Below are positions 17,618 through 26,897 of a stretch of 64,000 nucleotides of DNA, in pieces; the stretch's first letter is position 1; each line of letters opens with the position of its first letter. The position numbers and the translations under genes were made by a program. The stretch covers positions 49,666-113,665 of the forward strand of contig CAXXKY010000006.1 of the NCBI GenBank assembly GCA_963667325.2, written 5' to 3'. Source of the DNA: Dehalococcoidia bacterium (GTDB lineage Bacteria; Chloroflexota; Dehalococcoidia; Lucifugimonadales; UBA3495). The notes below the pieces were generated by a model, which searched no databases, had not been told where the DNA came from, and saw only the letters and a list, made by a program, of their open reading frames with translations.

Positions 17618-18466
17618 CTACTGGCCCGGTCGCACCGCCTGCGCCCCAAGCTGCGGCCAGGCGGCGGGCGCTCCCGCTCGTTCGATGCGCTCTTCCAGCG
17701 GCAGCGATTCGTCCCAGTAGTAACCGATGAAGCGTTGCCCGCTGACACCGTCGGATGCCTCCGACGCCAGCCACACAACCGGCGCACGCATCACGTCGGG
17801 CTGGATCATGCGCTCTCGGCTGTGCGCCGCGTCGTCGGGAATCAGGTTCGTGTTCGACATCCCTCCAGGCACCAGCACGTTGACGGTCACACCTGTTCCT
17901 TCCAGCTCGCGTGAAGCCATCGCGATGAACGCCTCGTGGGCCGCCTTCGACGGACCGTAAGGTGTGCCGCCGGGGTTGTACATCGTGTTCATGCTGGTGG
18001 TGACGCCGATAATGCGTCCCCAGCCCTGCGCGAGGAAGTGAGGCACCACGGCCCGCGTCATGTAGAACGGCCCTCCGGCGTTCACCGCCATCACCCGTTC
18101 CCACTCGGCGGCTGAGACTTCCCAGAAATTGTTGCGGGCTTCTCCGCCCAGCAGCATATTGCGAGGCGCGATGCCGGCGTTGTTGACCAGGATGTGGAGG
18201 CCGCCCATCTCGGCGATGGTGCGAGCAACAGCCTCATCCGCTTCCTGCGCCGAGGTGACGTCCACCACCTGCGTCATCACGCAGTCATCACCGCCGATTT
18301 CCCTCAGGTCGTTGGACGACTGCCCCAGCCAGTCGGGGTTGACGTCCATCATCGAAACCCGAGCCCCGGCCCTTACCAGCGCCTCGGTCATGGCCCGTCC
18401 CAGCCCCATCGGGCTGGCCGCGCCGGTGACAATCGCCACCTTGCCGTCAAGCGTCCGTTCCTGCAT
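17618..18466 (-). CDS. SDR-family oxidoreductase
   Basis: 282-aa ORF with GKVAIVTGAASPMGLG (TGxxxGxG), NNAG, and YGPSK (YxxxK). Confidence 0.85.
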   Translation of the reverse strand: MQERTLDGKVAIVTGAASPMGLGRAMTEALVRAGARVSMMDVNPDWLGQSSNDLREIGGDDCVMTQVVDVTSAQEADEAVARTIAEMGGLHILVNNAGIAPRNMLLGGEARNNFWEVSAAEWERVMAVNAGGPFYMTRAVVPHFLAQGWGRIIGVTTSMNTMYNPGGTPYGPSKAAHEAFIAMASRELEGTGVTVNVLVPGGMSNTNLIPDDAAHSRERMIQPDVMRAPVVWLASEASDGVSGQRFIGYYWDESLPLEERIERAGAPAAWPQLGAQAVRPGQ

Positions 18467-18475
18467 CGCTCGCTC

Positions 18476-19228
18476 CTACTGCGCCGTGGCGCCGCCGTCG
18501 ATGACCAGCTCCGCTCCCGTCACAAACGACGACTCGTCCGACGCCAGGTACAGAACCCCGTAGGCCACCTCGATCGGATGAGCTGTCCGGCCCAGCGGAC
18601 TGCGTTCGTCTGCTTCGCGCTGCAGGTCCGGGTTGTTCAGCCGGTCGCCGGCCATCGGTGTGTCGATGGGGCCGGGGTGCACCGAGTTCACCCGAATGTT
18701 CTCGCCGGCGTATTGGATGGCCGCGGACTTGGTGAAGATGCGGACCGCCCCCTTCGACGCGTTGTACACCGGCTGGATGTAGCTCTGCCCCACCATTCCC
18801 GACATCGACGATATGTTGATGATGGAGCCGCCGCCAGCCTTTCGCATCTCGGGAATCGCCGATTTGGTGCCGAGGAACACCCCCTTGGCGTTCACGTCCA
18901 TCACCCGGTCCCACTCGGCGACCGTGGTGTCCTCCAGCACGCCGCGGGCGACCACGCCGGCGTTGTTGACCACAATGTCCAGCTTGCCGAACCGCGATAC
19001 CGCCGTCTCCACCGCAGCGGCCCACGAATCCTCACTGGTCACGTCCAGTCGGACGAACACGCATTCGCCGCCGGCCTCCGTGACCTCTGCCTCAACCTGT
19101 CGTCCTTCGTCCTCCAGCACATCGCCGATGACGACCTTGGCGCCCTCCCGGGCGAACAGGCGGGCTTCCTCGGCGCCCATGCCGCGCGCTCCGCCGCTGA
19201 TGATGGCAACCTTTCCTTCCAGCCGCAT
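18476..19228 (-). CDS. SDR-family oxidoreductase (3-oxoacyl-ACP reductase / hydroxysteroid dehydrogenase-like)
   Basis: 250-aa ORF with GKVAIISGGARGMG, NNAGV and YNASKGAV. Confidence 0.85.
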   Translation of the reverse strand: MRLEGKVAIISGGARGMGAEEARLFAREGAKVVIGDVLEDEGRQVEAEVTEAGGECVFVRLDVTSEDSWAAAVETAVSRFGKLDIVVNNAGVVARGVLEDTTVAEWDRVMDVNAKGVFLGTKSAIPEMRKAGGGSIINISSMSGMVGQSYIQPVYNASKGAVRIFTKSAAIQYAGENIRVNSVHPGPIDTPMAGDRLNNPDLQREADERSPLGRTAHPIEVAYGVLYLASDESSFVTGAELVIDGGATAQ

Positions 19229-19368
19229 ATCAACCCTCCGTTTCGTATCTGGCGCCCGCTATTATAAGTCAAAACCCCCGCCAACACTGACAGTTCCTCA
19301 TTGACTGATTGACATAATCTAGATTAGCTTTTGTGTGCCCCGCACTTGTTTCTAGGCAGTCGTGAATT

Positions 19369-20319
19369 TTGCTTCAGTCGCAGTCACAGACCGAAGAACT
19401 GGATATTGCTGGCCCGGAGCCAGCGCTTCCGGGTCTGATTACGCAAGAGAGTTCCTTCTATGGCGCTCCGCTGCCGATCGACAACGAACGACTCTGTCAG
19501 TGCAGGCCCAGCCACCTCAATTGCATGACCGCCAAGGACTGGATAAAGAGCCAGCTCGGCGTGTGGCAGTTTAATTACGAACGCCGCGACGTGCGCGACA
19601 AGAAAGCGCATCCGGCAACCTTCCCAATCTCTCTCGCCCGCCGCGTCATCGACCTGTTCACTCACGAGGGCGAGCTAGTGCTGGACCCCTTCGTCGGCAG
19701 CGGCACCACCCTGGTCGCGGCGCAGGACGCCAACCGCAACGCCGTCGGCTTTGACCTGCAGGAAAGCTACGTACAGCTCGCCGCACATCGTCTTCAGCCG
19801 ACCGGAGCCACCGCGCAGGCGGCCGTGCATGACGACGCCCGGTCCATACCCCTCTACCTTGCGCCGGAATCAGTCGCCCTGATATTGACGTCGCCTCCCT
19901 ACGCCAACCTGCTCAACCGCAAGCGCAAGAACAAGTCCCGCCGCGACAGGAAAAACGAACAGCTAGGGGAGGTCGAGCAGTACTCACAGGACGCGCGGGA
20001 CCTGGGCACTATGCCTCTGGAGGAGTACTCGAAATCGCTCGCCGATATCTACGCCGGTCTGCTGCCGTTAATGCGCCCAGGCGGCCACTGCGTGGTCAAC
20101 GTCCCCGATATGTGGTGGGAGAACGAGCGGATCACCATCCACCTGTCTGTGATCGAGGCGTTACGTAGCGTCGGCTACGAGTTCCGCAATACCATCATCT
20201 GGGACCGAACCAACATAGTGAACCGTGTCGGCATCTTCGGCTGGCCCAGCAACTACATAACAATGGGCACAACCTTCGAGTACATACTCGACTTCAGGCG
20301 TCGGCTGGAAGACGGGTGA
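19369..20319 (+). CDS. Site-specific DNA methyltransferase (N6_N4 family, SPPY motif suggests N4-cytosine); start uncertain (TTG 19369 or ATG 19525)
   Basis: Contains HPATFPISLARRVIDLFTHEGELVLDPFVGSGTT (AdoMet motif I region), LILTSPPYANLL (motif IV at 19891-19902) and IIWDRTN. No restriction endonuclease gene is adjacent. Confidence 0.75.
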   Translation: MLQSQSQTEELDIAGPEPALPGLITQESSFYGAPLPIDNERLCQCRPSHLNCMTAKDWIKSQLGVWQFNYERRDVRDKKAHPATFPISLARRVIDLFTHEGELVLDPFVGSGTTLVAAQDANRNAVGFDLQESYVQLAAHRLQPTGATAQAAVHDDARSIPLYLAPESVALILTSPPYANLLNRKRKNKSRRDRKNEQLGEVEQYSQDARDLGTMPLEEYSKSLADIYAGLLPLMRPGGHCVVNVPDMWWENERITIHLSVIEALRSVGYEFRNTIIWDRTNIVNRVGIFGWPSNYITMGTTFEYILDFRRRLEDG

Positions 20320-20345
20320 CAGCAAGCAAACCCGGCTGAAAGAGT

Positions 20346-20420
20346 TGGTCGGGGCGGGCAGATTTGAACTGCCGACCTCCTGGTCCCAAACCAGGCGCCC
20401 TGCCGCTGGGCCACGCCCCG
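20346..20420 (-). tRNA. tRNA-Pro (anticodon TGG), CCA encoded
   Basis: The minus strand folds manually into a cloverleaf. Arms are acceptor CGGGGCG/CGCCCCG, anticodon arm CCTGG-TTTGGGA-CCAGG and T arm GGCAG-TTCAAAT-CTGCC, followed by ACCA. Confidence 0.9.
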
Positions 20421-20460
20421 ATGCAAATTGTAGAGAGAAGGTAATGAGGAGTGTCTGCGG

Positions 20461-20535
20461 TGGTACCCCCGGAGAGGATCGAACTCTCGTCTCCGGCTCC
20501 GGAGGCCGGCACTCTATCCGCTGAGCTACAGGGGC
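20461..20535 (-). tRNA. tRNA-Arg (anticodon CCG), CCA encoded
   Basis: Manual fold gives acceptor GCCCCTG/CGGGGGT (two G-U pairs) and D region TAGCTCAGCGGATAGAG. Anticodon arm is CCGGC-CTCCGGA-GCCGG and T arm is GAGAG-TTCGATC-CTCTC, followed by ACCA. Confidence 0.9.
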
Positions 20536-20547
20536 ACTCTGCCATAA

Positions 20548-20577
20548 ATCATAGCACGGTCTTTCGCCGCCCAACAA
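20548..20577 (-). promoter_or_regulatory. Candidate promoter for the tRNA-Arg/tRNA-Pro pair
   Basis: Minus strand reads TTGTTG-18 nt-TATGAT, ending about 12 nt before the tRNA-Arg 5-prime end. Confidence 0.4.
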
Positions 20578-20688
20578 CAGCCCGTTCCATTCTGGACATC
20601 CGCCGGGGGCGGGGCTAGACTTAGGGCGGTTTCGCTCGCCAGAAGAAGAATTCAAAGCCGAAACAACCGCAGCACCTGAGGTGCCGTT

Positions 20689-21744
20689 ATGCCCGTCTTT
20701 TCGCCCGAATACCTCGAGAAAGTGGCCTACCACATTTACCGCGCCAAGGGCACGCCGGACGCCGAGGCGCAGACAGTTGCTACTCACCTGGTAAAGGCCA
20801 ACCTCTGCGGCCACGACTCCCACGGCGTCATCCAGATTCCCACGTATGCCGAGCGCATCGACGTCGGCCATATCGTCCCTGGCGCGCCCTTCGTGGTGGA
20901 GCGCGAAGCGCCCTGCACCGCCGTCATCAACGGCAACTGGGGCTTTGGCTTCGTCGTCACTGAGCGCGCCATGCGCATGGCCATCGACAAGGCCCGCACC
21001 CACGGCGTGGCTGCCATCACCGTCCACAGCCAGAGCCACATCGGGCGCCTAGGCGACTACCCGACCATGGCCGCCGCCGAGGGCATGATCGGCATGATCA
21101 CTGCCGACTCCGGGGCCGCCCCCAAGCACGTCGCTCCCTTCGGCGGGCGAGCCCGCAAGCTGGGCACCAACCCCATCTGCATCGGAATGCCCAGCGACCT
21201 CGACGGCCCGGTGCTGATGGACATGGCCTCCAGCACCGTCGCGCTGGGCAAGATCGCCCTCGCCCGCAACCGCCGCGAATCCATTCCGCAGGGTTGGATA
21301 GTCGACCGCGACGGCAACCAGACCACCGACCCCAACGACTACTTCTCCGGCGGCGCAATCCTGCCCGTCGGCGTCGACCAGGGCCATAAGGGCTATGCCC
21401 TGTCCTTCATGGTGGAGGTCTTCTCGGGCTTGCTTACCGGTCTCGGCTTCGGCATCGACCCGGAGGGCCGTCACAACGACGGCTGCTTCATCGCTGCCTT
21501 CAACCTCGAGCACTTCCGCCCCCTGGATGAGTTCAAGAAGGATATGGGCGAGTTTGTGGAGTTCATCAAGGACTCGCCGCCAGCTGCCGGCTTCAGCGAG
21601 GTACTGTACCCCGGTGAAATCGAGCACCGCACTGAGCAGCGCCGTCGGAAGGAAGGCGTCTTCGTCGAAGACGACACCTGGGAGCAGATAAGCGGCCTGA
21701 TGAAGACCCTCGAAGTCGAAAACCTCGTCGGCGACCCCTCGTAG
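20689..21744 (+). CDS. Ldh_2-family oxidoreductase (malate/L-lactate/ureidoglycolate dehydrogenase type 2)
   Basis: 351-aa ORF. LVKANLCGHDSHGVIQIPTY and HIGRLGDY are typical Ldh_2 segments. Confidence 0.8.
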   Translation: MPVFSPEYLEKVAYHIYRAKGTPDAEAQTVATHLVKANLCGHDSHGVIQIPTYAERIDVGHIVPGAPFVVEREAPCTAVINGNWGFGFVVTERAMRMAIDKARTHGVAAITVHSQSHIGRLGDYPTMAAAEGMIGMITADSGAAPKHVAPFGGRARKLGTNPICIGMPSDLDGPVLMDMASSTVALGKIALARNRRESIPQGWIVDRDGNQTTDPNDYFSGGAILPVGVDQGHKGYALSFMVEVFSGLLTGLGFGIDPEGRHNDGCFIAAFNLEHFRPLDEFKKDMGEFVEFIKDSPPAAGFSEVLYPGEIEHRTEQRRRKEGVFVEDDTWEQISGLMKTLEVENLVGDPS

Positions 21745-21796
21745 AAGCACAGGCCCAACTGCAAAGGCATCAATCGGCATCGACACGGAGGGCAAC

Positions 21797-22426
21797 GTGA
21801 GTTCTCAAAGCAACTTCGGTGAAAGGGTTAAGGAAGCCTACCTCGAGTCCGCCGAGTTCTTCGCCAAGCTGGTCGACGGCGTGGACATCGACGCCTGGGA
21901 GAACCACGCCCTCGGCCAGTGGACCCTCCGGGATTTGGCCGGCCACACCTACCGCTCCATCAACACCGTCGTCGGCTACTCCGAGAAGGCCGCACCCCAA
22001 GTCGACGTCGAGTCCACCACCCAGTGGATCGTCAACGTCCGACAGAACATGGACCCCGACCGCGTCGCCGAGATGGGCCGGTCCGCTGGCCTCGAAATCA
22101 TGGACAACCCGCAGATGATGGTGCGCGGCTTCCTAAACATGGCAAAGGAGAGGGTTAACGAGCTGGATGACGACTTCATCCTCGCCACGCCCCAGGGCGG
22201 AATGCGCCTGATCGACTACCTCCAGCTCCGCACCATGGAGCTTGTCATTCACGGCAGCGACTTCGCCCGCGCCCTCGGCGTTGAGGCAACGCCCCCCGCC
22301 AACGGAACGCAGATAGCCCTGCAGGTGCTTACCGGCGTGGCTGTCGCGGAAGGACGTGGCCCCGACCTCGCCAACGCCCTGACCGGCCGCGCCGCCCTCC
22401 CCATCGGCTACAACCTGCTCATCTGA
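21797..22426 (+). CDS. DinB/maleylpyruvate-isomerase-N-terminal-like (mycothiol-dependent enzyme family) protein
   Basis: 209-aa ORF (GTG start). The WTLRDLAGHTYRSINTV pattern is characteristic of the TIGR03083-type family. Confidence 0.6.
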   Translation: MSSQSNFGERVKEAYLESAEFFAKLVDGVDIDAWENHALGQWTLRDLAGHTYRSINTVVGYSEKAAPQVDVESTTQWIVNVRQNMDPDRVAEMGRSAGLEIMDNPQMMVRGFLNMAKERVNELDDDFILATPQGGMRLIDYLQLRTMELVIHGSDFARALGVEATPPANGTQIALQVLTGVAVAEGRGPDLANALTGRAALPIGYNLLI

Positions 22427-22539
22427 CAAACGTGGGACCCCGACGATGCCCTCTTCCAATCTGGCGATAAAAGCCCCTCTCCTTGGGGGAGAAGGTTAGG
22501 ACGGGGGCCTCCCTAGCCTGCCCAACGAACCGCATCTTC

Positions 22540-23328
22540 ATGACGACATCCGCCTACCGCAACGCAGGAATCTTCCTGCTCCTCACCGCCCTGGCGACCG
22601 CGATCTCCGTCCCTGCACGCCTTGCTGCGGACGCCGATGCCACCCCGCTAACGGACCTACTCGCCGAATTTCAGAGACTTGGCGAAGCGGAAATTGCCCA
22701 GTTTGAGGCGACGGAAAAGCTGGCAGCCATCGGCTCGGCCAGCTTCGCCTATGGATTGGGCGGCGTCGCAAGGCTGGTGGGCGGACTGACTCTGCTGGCT
22801 GCGGCCATCCCCCTGTGGCGGGCGATGCGAACGCACCACCCAGCCTTCATGGTAGGGGCCGCATTGTTCCTGGCAGCATCCGGAGTCGCCTCTGCAGTAT
22901 CGGGAGCCGCCGCAGTGTCCCTGGCAGTAACCGCCCCGGAACCGCAGGCAGCCACTTCACTCACCGCCGGGTGGGCCTCGTCCACTGATGTTGCCAATGC
23001 CCTGAAGTCCATGGCATCCGCGACGGCGGCAGAAGAGGCAGTGTTCTATATTCGCTGGCTCACCGGCACGATTGGCTTCACCCTTGCCGGACTGGGCCTC
23101 GTCGCGCTGGCCCCGGTGCATTGGAGGATGGGTGGCGTCCTGCGCTGCGCCGCCGTAGTCGAAGCCGTGCTAGGCATAGCGATGCTCTTCATCTGGGTCG
23201 ACGCTGCTACCGTCGTCCACCGCATCTCCGGCATCGCCTTCCTGATCTGGCTGATCGTGGTTGGTCTGTGGCTCGTCGTTCCTCTCTTCAGTAAGCCGGA
23301 CCCGGCTGCGCCATCGACTAGTTACTGA
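22540..23328 (+). CDS. Hypothetical multi-pass membrane protein
   Basis: ORF 22483-23328 trimmed to ATG 22540 (MTTSAYRNAGIFLLLTALATA...). It has several hydrophobic spans and no confident family assignment. Confidence 0.55.
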   Translation: MTTSAYRNAGIFLLLTALATAISVPARLAADADATPLTDLLAEFQRLGEAEIAQFEATEKLAAIGSASFAYGLGGVARLVGGLTLLAAAIPLWRAMRTHHPAFMVGAALFLAASGVASAVSGAAAVSLAVTAPEPQAATSLTAGWASSTDVANALKSMASATAAEEAVFYIRWLTGTIGFTLAGLGLVALAPVHWRMGGVLRCAAVVEAVLGIAMLFIWVDAATVVHRISGIAFLIWLIVVGLWLVVPLFSKPDPAAPSTSY

Positions 23329-23372
23329 GGCTGCACCACACAAAGATCAAGCGCCATGAACACCTCGGCAGG

Positions 23373-23645
23373 TCACTCGCTTGTCTCTTCTTCTGCATCG
23401 TCCCATTCATCGTCTTCCAGTTCGTTCCGGTACATCCAGGCAAGGACGATCCCCACGATGGTCAAGGGAAATCCGACACCGAGGATAACGCCAGCCACAT
23501 TGGTCCCAATGCTGACGGTCAGCAGACCTGCTGTCGAATCAATACTCTCATCCCTGATCACATAGCCAATCAGCAGGGAAATGACTACACCGATTGCGAG
23601 GGAGATTATCCCGCCTAGAATTAAGGTTTGCGCCACTCTCTGCAT
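23373..23645 (-). CDS. Small membrane protein (2-3 TM) with acidic C-terminal tail
   Basis: 90-aa ORF, MQRVAQTLILGGIISLAIGVVISLLIG...ELEDDEWDDAEEETSE. Confidence 0.5.
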   Translation of the reverse strand: MQRVAQTLILGGIISLAIGVVISLLIGYVIRDESIDSTAGLLTVSIGTNVAGVILGVGFPLTIVGIVLAWMYRNELEDDEWDDAEEETSE

Positions 23646-23671
23646 TCCCGTCCCTCGCCGCCTGGATTAGC

Positions 23672-24397
23672 TCAGCCTGCTTCTGTCGCCTGCTTCTGCA
23701 GCTTCTTCAGCAGCGGAATCTGCCGAATCTTCTGCGGCGTCAGGTCGTCCCAGTAGATGCCCGAAGGCCGCGGCATTTCGCCGTCGCAGGCGATGGCCTC
23801 CTCCGGTGTCACCACGTAGTCGAGGAACACGTCGTGCCGCGTGTACGGCAGCTCCTCGTTCAGCAGCTGCATCGTATGCACCGTGCTGACGACCGGCGTG
23901 TCCGGCGCAACCACTCCGGCGGCGATGGCCAGCCCGTACTCGAGGTCGGCGAACCCACCACCCTTGCCTATTCGAGTGCCCATGCGGTTCACGGCCACAG
24001 ACCCCGATATGACCAGGTCCACCGGCCGCATCTCTTCCACGTACACCGGCCGTCCCCAGCGGAACGCGCCCGAGATGGTGGACGCCTCGGCGGGCGAGGC
24101 CCCCATCGTGGCCGGATCCAGCTCAACGAAGCACTGCTCCTGCTTGAGGCGCGGCACCGCCATATACAGCGTCTTGCCCTGCTCCAGCGCCAACTGTCGC
24201 AGCGGTCTCTGGGCCTTGTCGGGGTTGCCCTTGATTACCCGCGCGTTCTGCCACGCGGCCAGATCACCAACCCGTTCAGCAGCCGCCTCACACCCGCGGA
24301 AGTGAGGAATCTTGTCGTGTAGTTTCCGGGTATGCGCCGCCTTCGCCTCCTCCATGGCCGTCCATACCGCTTCTCGCACCTCGTCCTTGCTCCGCAT
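23672..24397 (-). CDS. 5-formyltetrahydrofolate cyclo-ligase family protein
   Basis: ORF 23672-24427 trimmed to ATG 24397. DLVISGSVAVNRMGTRIGKGGGFADLEYG matches the 5-FCL family G-x-R-x-G-x-G-G-G-x-x-D core. Confidence 0.65.
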   Translation of the reverse strand: MRSKDEVREAVWTAMEEAKAAHTRKLHDKIPHFRGCEAAAERVGDLAAWQNARVIKGNPDKAQRPLRQLALEQGKTLYMAVPRLKQEQCFVELDPATMGASPAEASTISGAFRWGRPVYVEEMRPVDLVISGSVAVNRMGTRIGKGGGFADLEYGLAIAAGVVAPDTPVVSTVHTMQLLNEELPYTRHDVFLDYVVTPEEAIACDGEMPRPSGIYWDDLTPQKIRQIPLLKKLQKQATEAG

Positions 24398-24587
24398 CGT
24401 GCCGTCTCTCCACAAGACCCGCAACAAACCGGCAGGGCCCGGTTGGCATTTGCATCAATACTGTGACGGGAAAGAGTTTCCTTTAACCAGCCCGAAGAAA
24501 GCAAGAGGCGTTCCTGCGTTTGCCGCCGCATTCCGTTGTGCTAGACTAACGCCGCCCGCACCATTCTGATTGCTGGGGAGCCTGAAA

Positions 24588-26345
24588 ATGGCGAGTACAG
24601 AGCAGTACCGCGTAATCCGCGAGCGCAACGTAATGGTGCCCATGCGCGACGGCGTGCGCCTTGCCACCGATGTCTACCGGCCTGACACTCCGGGTCGCTT
24701 CCCGGCCCTCGTTACCCGCGGCCCGTACGGAAAGGACGGATACGCCGACAACCAGGAACACTCCATCTGGTTCTTCCCCCAGCGCGGATACGTCGTCGTC
24801 AGCCAGGACTGCCGCGCCCGCTTCGATTCCGAGGGCGACAACTACGATCCCCTCTTCCAGGAAGGGCAGGACGGCTACGACACCGTCGAATGGGCCGCCC
24901 GCCAGCCGTGGTGCAACGGACGTGTCGCCACCACCGGCCAGTCCTACCTCGGGGCGACGCAGTACACCTTGGCTGCCGGGCCGCGTCCGCCGCATCTCGC
25001 CTGCATGGCCCCGGTGTCCGCCTCCGCCGACTTCCACCAGAGCTGGGTCTACCACACCGGCGGCGCCATGGAGTGGGGCTGGATGGTGCCCTACGCCATC
25101 CACAAAGGGCGCAATACCCTCGTCCGCGCCGGCCGCGAGGACCTGCTGGCCCAAATGGACGAGTACGTCCTTCCACCCGACAATTTTGCCCAGCCACTGA
25201 CCGACGCCTGGTTCCGCCACCTGCCCCTGCGCGACTGGATTGACCGGCTCAAGGAGGCCGCTCCCTACTTCCACGAGTATTTCGACGAGGAAAAGGACGG
25301 CCCCTACTGGTCCGGCATCAACCTGTTGCGGCAGGCCCACAAAATCTCTCTGCCGATGTTCCATGTCAGTTCCTGGTACGACATCTTTCTCGAGGGCGCG
25401 CTGAACGGATACCAGGCCCTCCGCGATCGGGCCGCCACCGCCGAGGCCCGCCGCAGCCAGCGGCTGCTGGTCGGTCCGTGGGCCCACATCCGTCCCTACA
25501 CCGCGCCCACCTCCGGCGAGACCGGCGACATCGACTTCGGCCCCGAGGCCCGCATCGAGTTGCACGAGCACCTGCTGCGCTGGTTCGACTACTGGCTCAA
25601 GGACATCGAGTCCGGCCTGATGGACGAGCCGCCGGTTAGCATCTTCGTCATGGGCGAGAACCGCTGGAGAGCAGAGGACGACTGGCCGCTGGCTCGTACT
25701 CACTACGTCAAGTGGTACATGCACTCCGGCGGCTCCGCCAACTCCCTAGAAGGCGACGGCACGCTGTCCACCTTCCCTCCTGCCGAGGAGCCCTACGACG
25801 TCTACACCTACGACCCGGCTGACCCAGTTCCCACCCGTGGCGGCAGTACACTTATCATCCCCCAGGGCGTGGCCGATCAGCGCGAGGTCGAGTCCCGCGA
25901 CGACGTGCTGGTCTACACCTCCGACCCGCTGGAACGCGACACGGAGCTGACCGGCCCCATCGCCGTCACCCTCTACGCCGCCAGCACCGCCGTCGACACC
26001 GACTTCACCGCCAAGCTGCTCGACGTCCGGCCCGATGGCTACGCCCACAATCTTCAGGACGGCATTGTACGCGCCCGCTTCCGCACCTCGGTTGCCGAGC
26101 CCTCCCTCATCCGGCCGGGGCGAATCTACAAGTACGAGATCGACCTGTGGTCCACCAGCCATGTGCTGTTCGCCGGCCACAGGCTTCGGCTGGAAATCTC
26201 CAGCAGCAACTTCCCCCGGTTCGATCGCAACCCCAACACTGGCGCACCCATCGGCGTCGACGCCACGCTGGAGACGGCCTTGCAGACGGTCGTGCACACC
26301 GCCGACTATCCGTCCCACGTCACGCTGCCGGTTATCCCACGCTAG
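24588..26345 (+). CDS. CocE/NonD-family hydrolase (X-Pro dipeptidyl-peptidase S15-like)
   Basis: ORF trimmed to ATG 24588. VPMRDGVRLATDVYRP, GQSYLG (nucleophile elbow) and a C-terminal beta-sandwich with SSNFPRFDRNPNTG. Confidence 0.85.
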   Translation: MASTEQYRVIRERNVMVPMRDGVRLATDVYRPDTPGRFPALVTRGPYGKDGYADNQEHSIWFFPQRGYVVVSQDCRARFDSEGDNYDPLFQEGQDGYDTVEWAARQPWCNGRVATTGQSYLGATQYTLAAGPRPPHLACMAPVSASADFHQSWVYHTGGAMEWGWMVPYAIHKGRNTLVRAGREDLLAQMDEYVLPPDNFAQPLTDAWFRHLPLRDWIDRLKEAAPYFHEYFDEEKDGPYWSGINLLRQAHKISLPMFHVSSWYDIFLEGALNGYQALRDRAATAEARRSQRLLVGPWAHIRPYTAPTSGETGDIDFGPEARIELHEHLLRWFDYWLKDIESGLMDEPPVSIFVMGENRWRAEDDWPLARTHYVKWYMHSGGSANSLEGDGTLSTFPPAEEPYDVYTYDPADPVPTRGGSTLIIPQGVADQREVESRDDVLVYTSDPLERDTELTGPIAVTLYAASTAVDTDFTAKLLDVRPDGYAHNLQDGIVRARFRTSVAEPSLIRPGRIYKYEIDLWSTSHVLFAGHRLRLEISSSNFPRFDRNPNTGAPIGVDATLETALQTVVHTADYPSHVTLPVIPR

Positions 26346-26384
26346 ATAACACACGCAGGAATTAAAGAAACTCGGAAGGACACC

Positions 26385-26849
26385 ATGAGTACATCCCGAC
26401 AGGTATTTTCCCCGGCCCAGCGCGAGCTCCTCAATGCAGTGCTGGACCGTATAATCCCGCCGCAGGACAACCGGCCCGGAGCCGGCTCCCTGGGCATCGG
26501 CGACTTCGTGGAGGGAGTGGCCGTGGGCGAACCGGGCCTCACTCGCATATTCGTGCAGGGACTGGGCGCCATCGAGATTGCCGCCTCCGAACAGGGCCCG
26601 GGCGGCTTCGCTTCCCTGTCCAGCGAGCAGAAGGACGCGGTGCTGCGGTCCGTTGAGGCCACTTACGCCAATTTCTTCGAACAACTGGTCTTACAGGTAT
26701 ATAATGGATACTACACCAACTTGACAGTGTTCGAATCAATCGGATACACTCTGCCTTCTGTTCCTGAACCGGGAGCCAAACTCGACCTGTTGGACGAGAC
26801 TTTGTTAGAGGCGCAGCGCCAGCGTCCCCCCTTCTGGACCCAGGTCTAG
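26385..26849 (+). CDS. Gluconate 2-dehydrogenase subunit 3-like protein
   Basis: 154-aa ORF. FSPAQRELLNAVLDRIIPPQDNRPGAGSLGIGDFVE resembles the family N-terminus. No Tat leader and no adjacent GMC flavoprotein. Confidence 0.55.
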   Translation: MSTSRQVFSPAQRELLNAVLDRIIPPQDNRPGAGSLGIGDFVEGVAVGEPGLTRIFVQGLGAIEIAASEQGPGGFASLSSEQKDAVLRSVEATYANFFEQLVLQVYNGYYTNLTVFESIGYTLPSVPEPGAKLDLLDETLLEAQRQRPPFWTQV

Positions 26850-26897
26850 CGACCTTTAGCGGGCGGGCATCCGGCGTTGGTGTCGGGGAGGTAAGCC

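Noticed and set aside
19265-19295. Sequence GTCAAAACCCCCGCCAACACTG resembling part of the tRNA-Pro 3-prime half, as a possible att site that would make the methyltransferase gene an integrated islet.
   Set aside because: The similarity is short, interrupted, and in inverted rather than direct orientation relative to the tRNA. It is not convincing as an att duplication.
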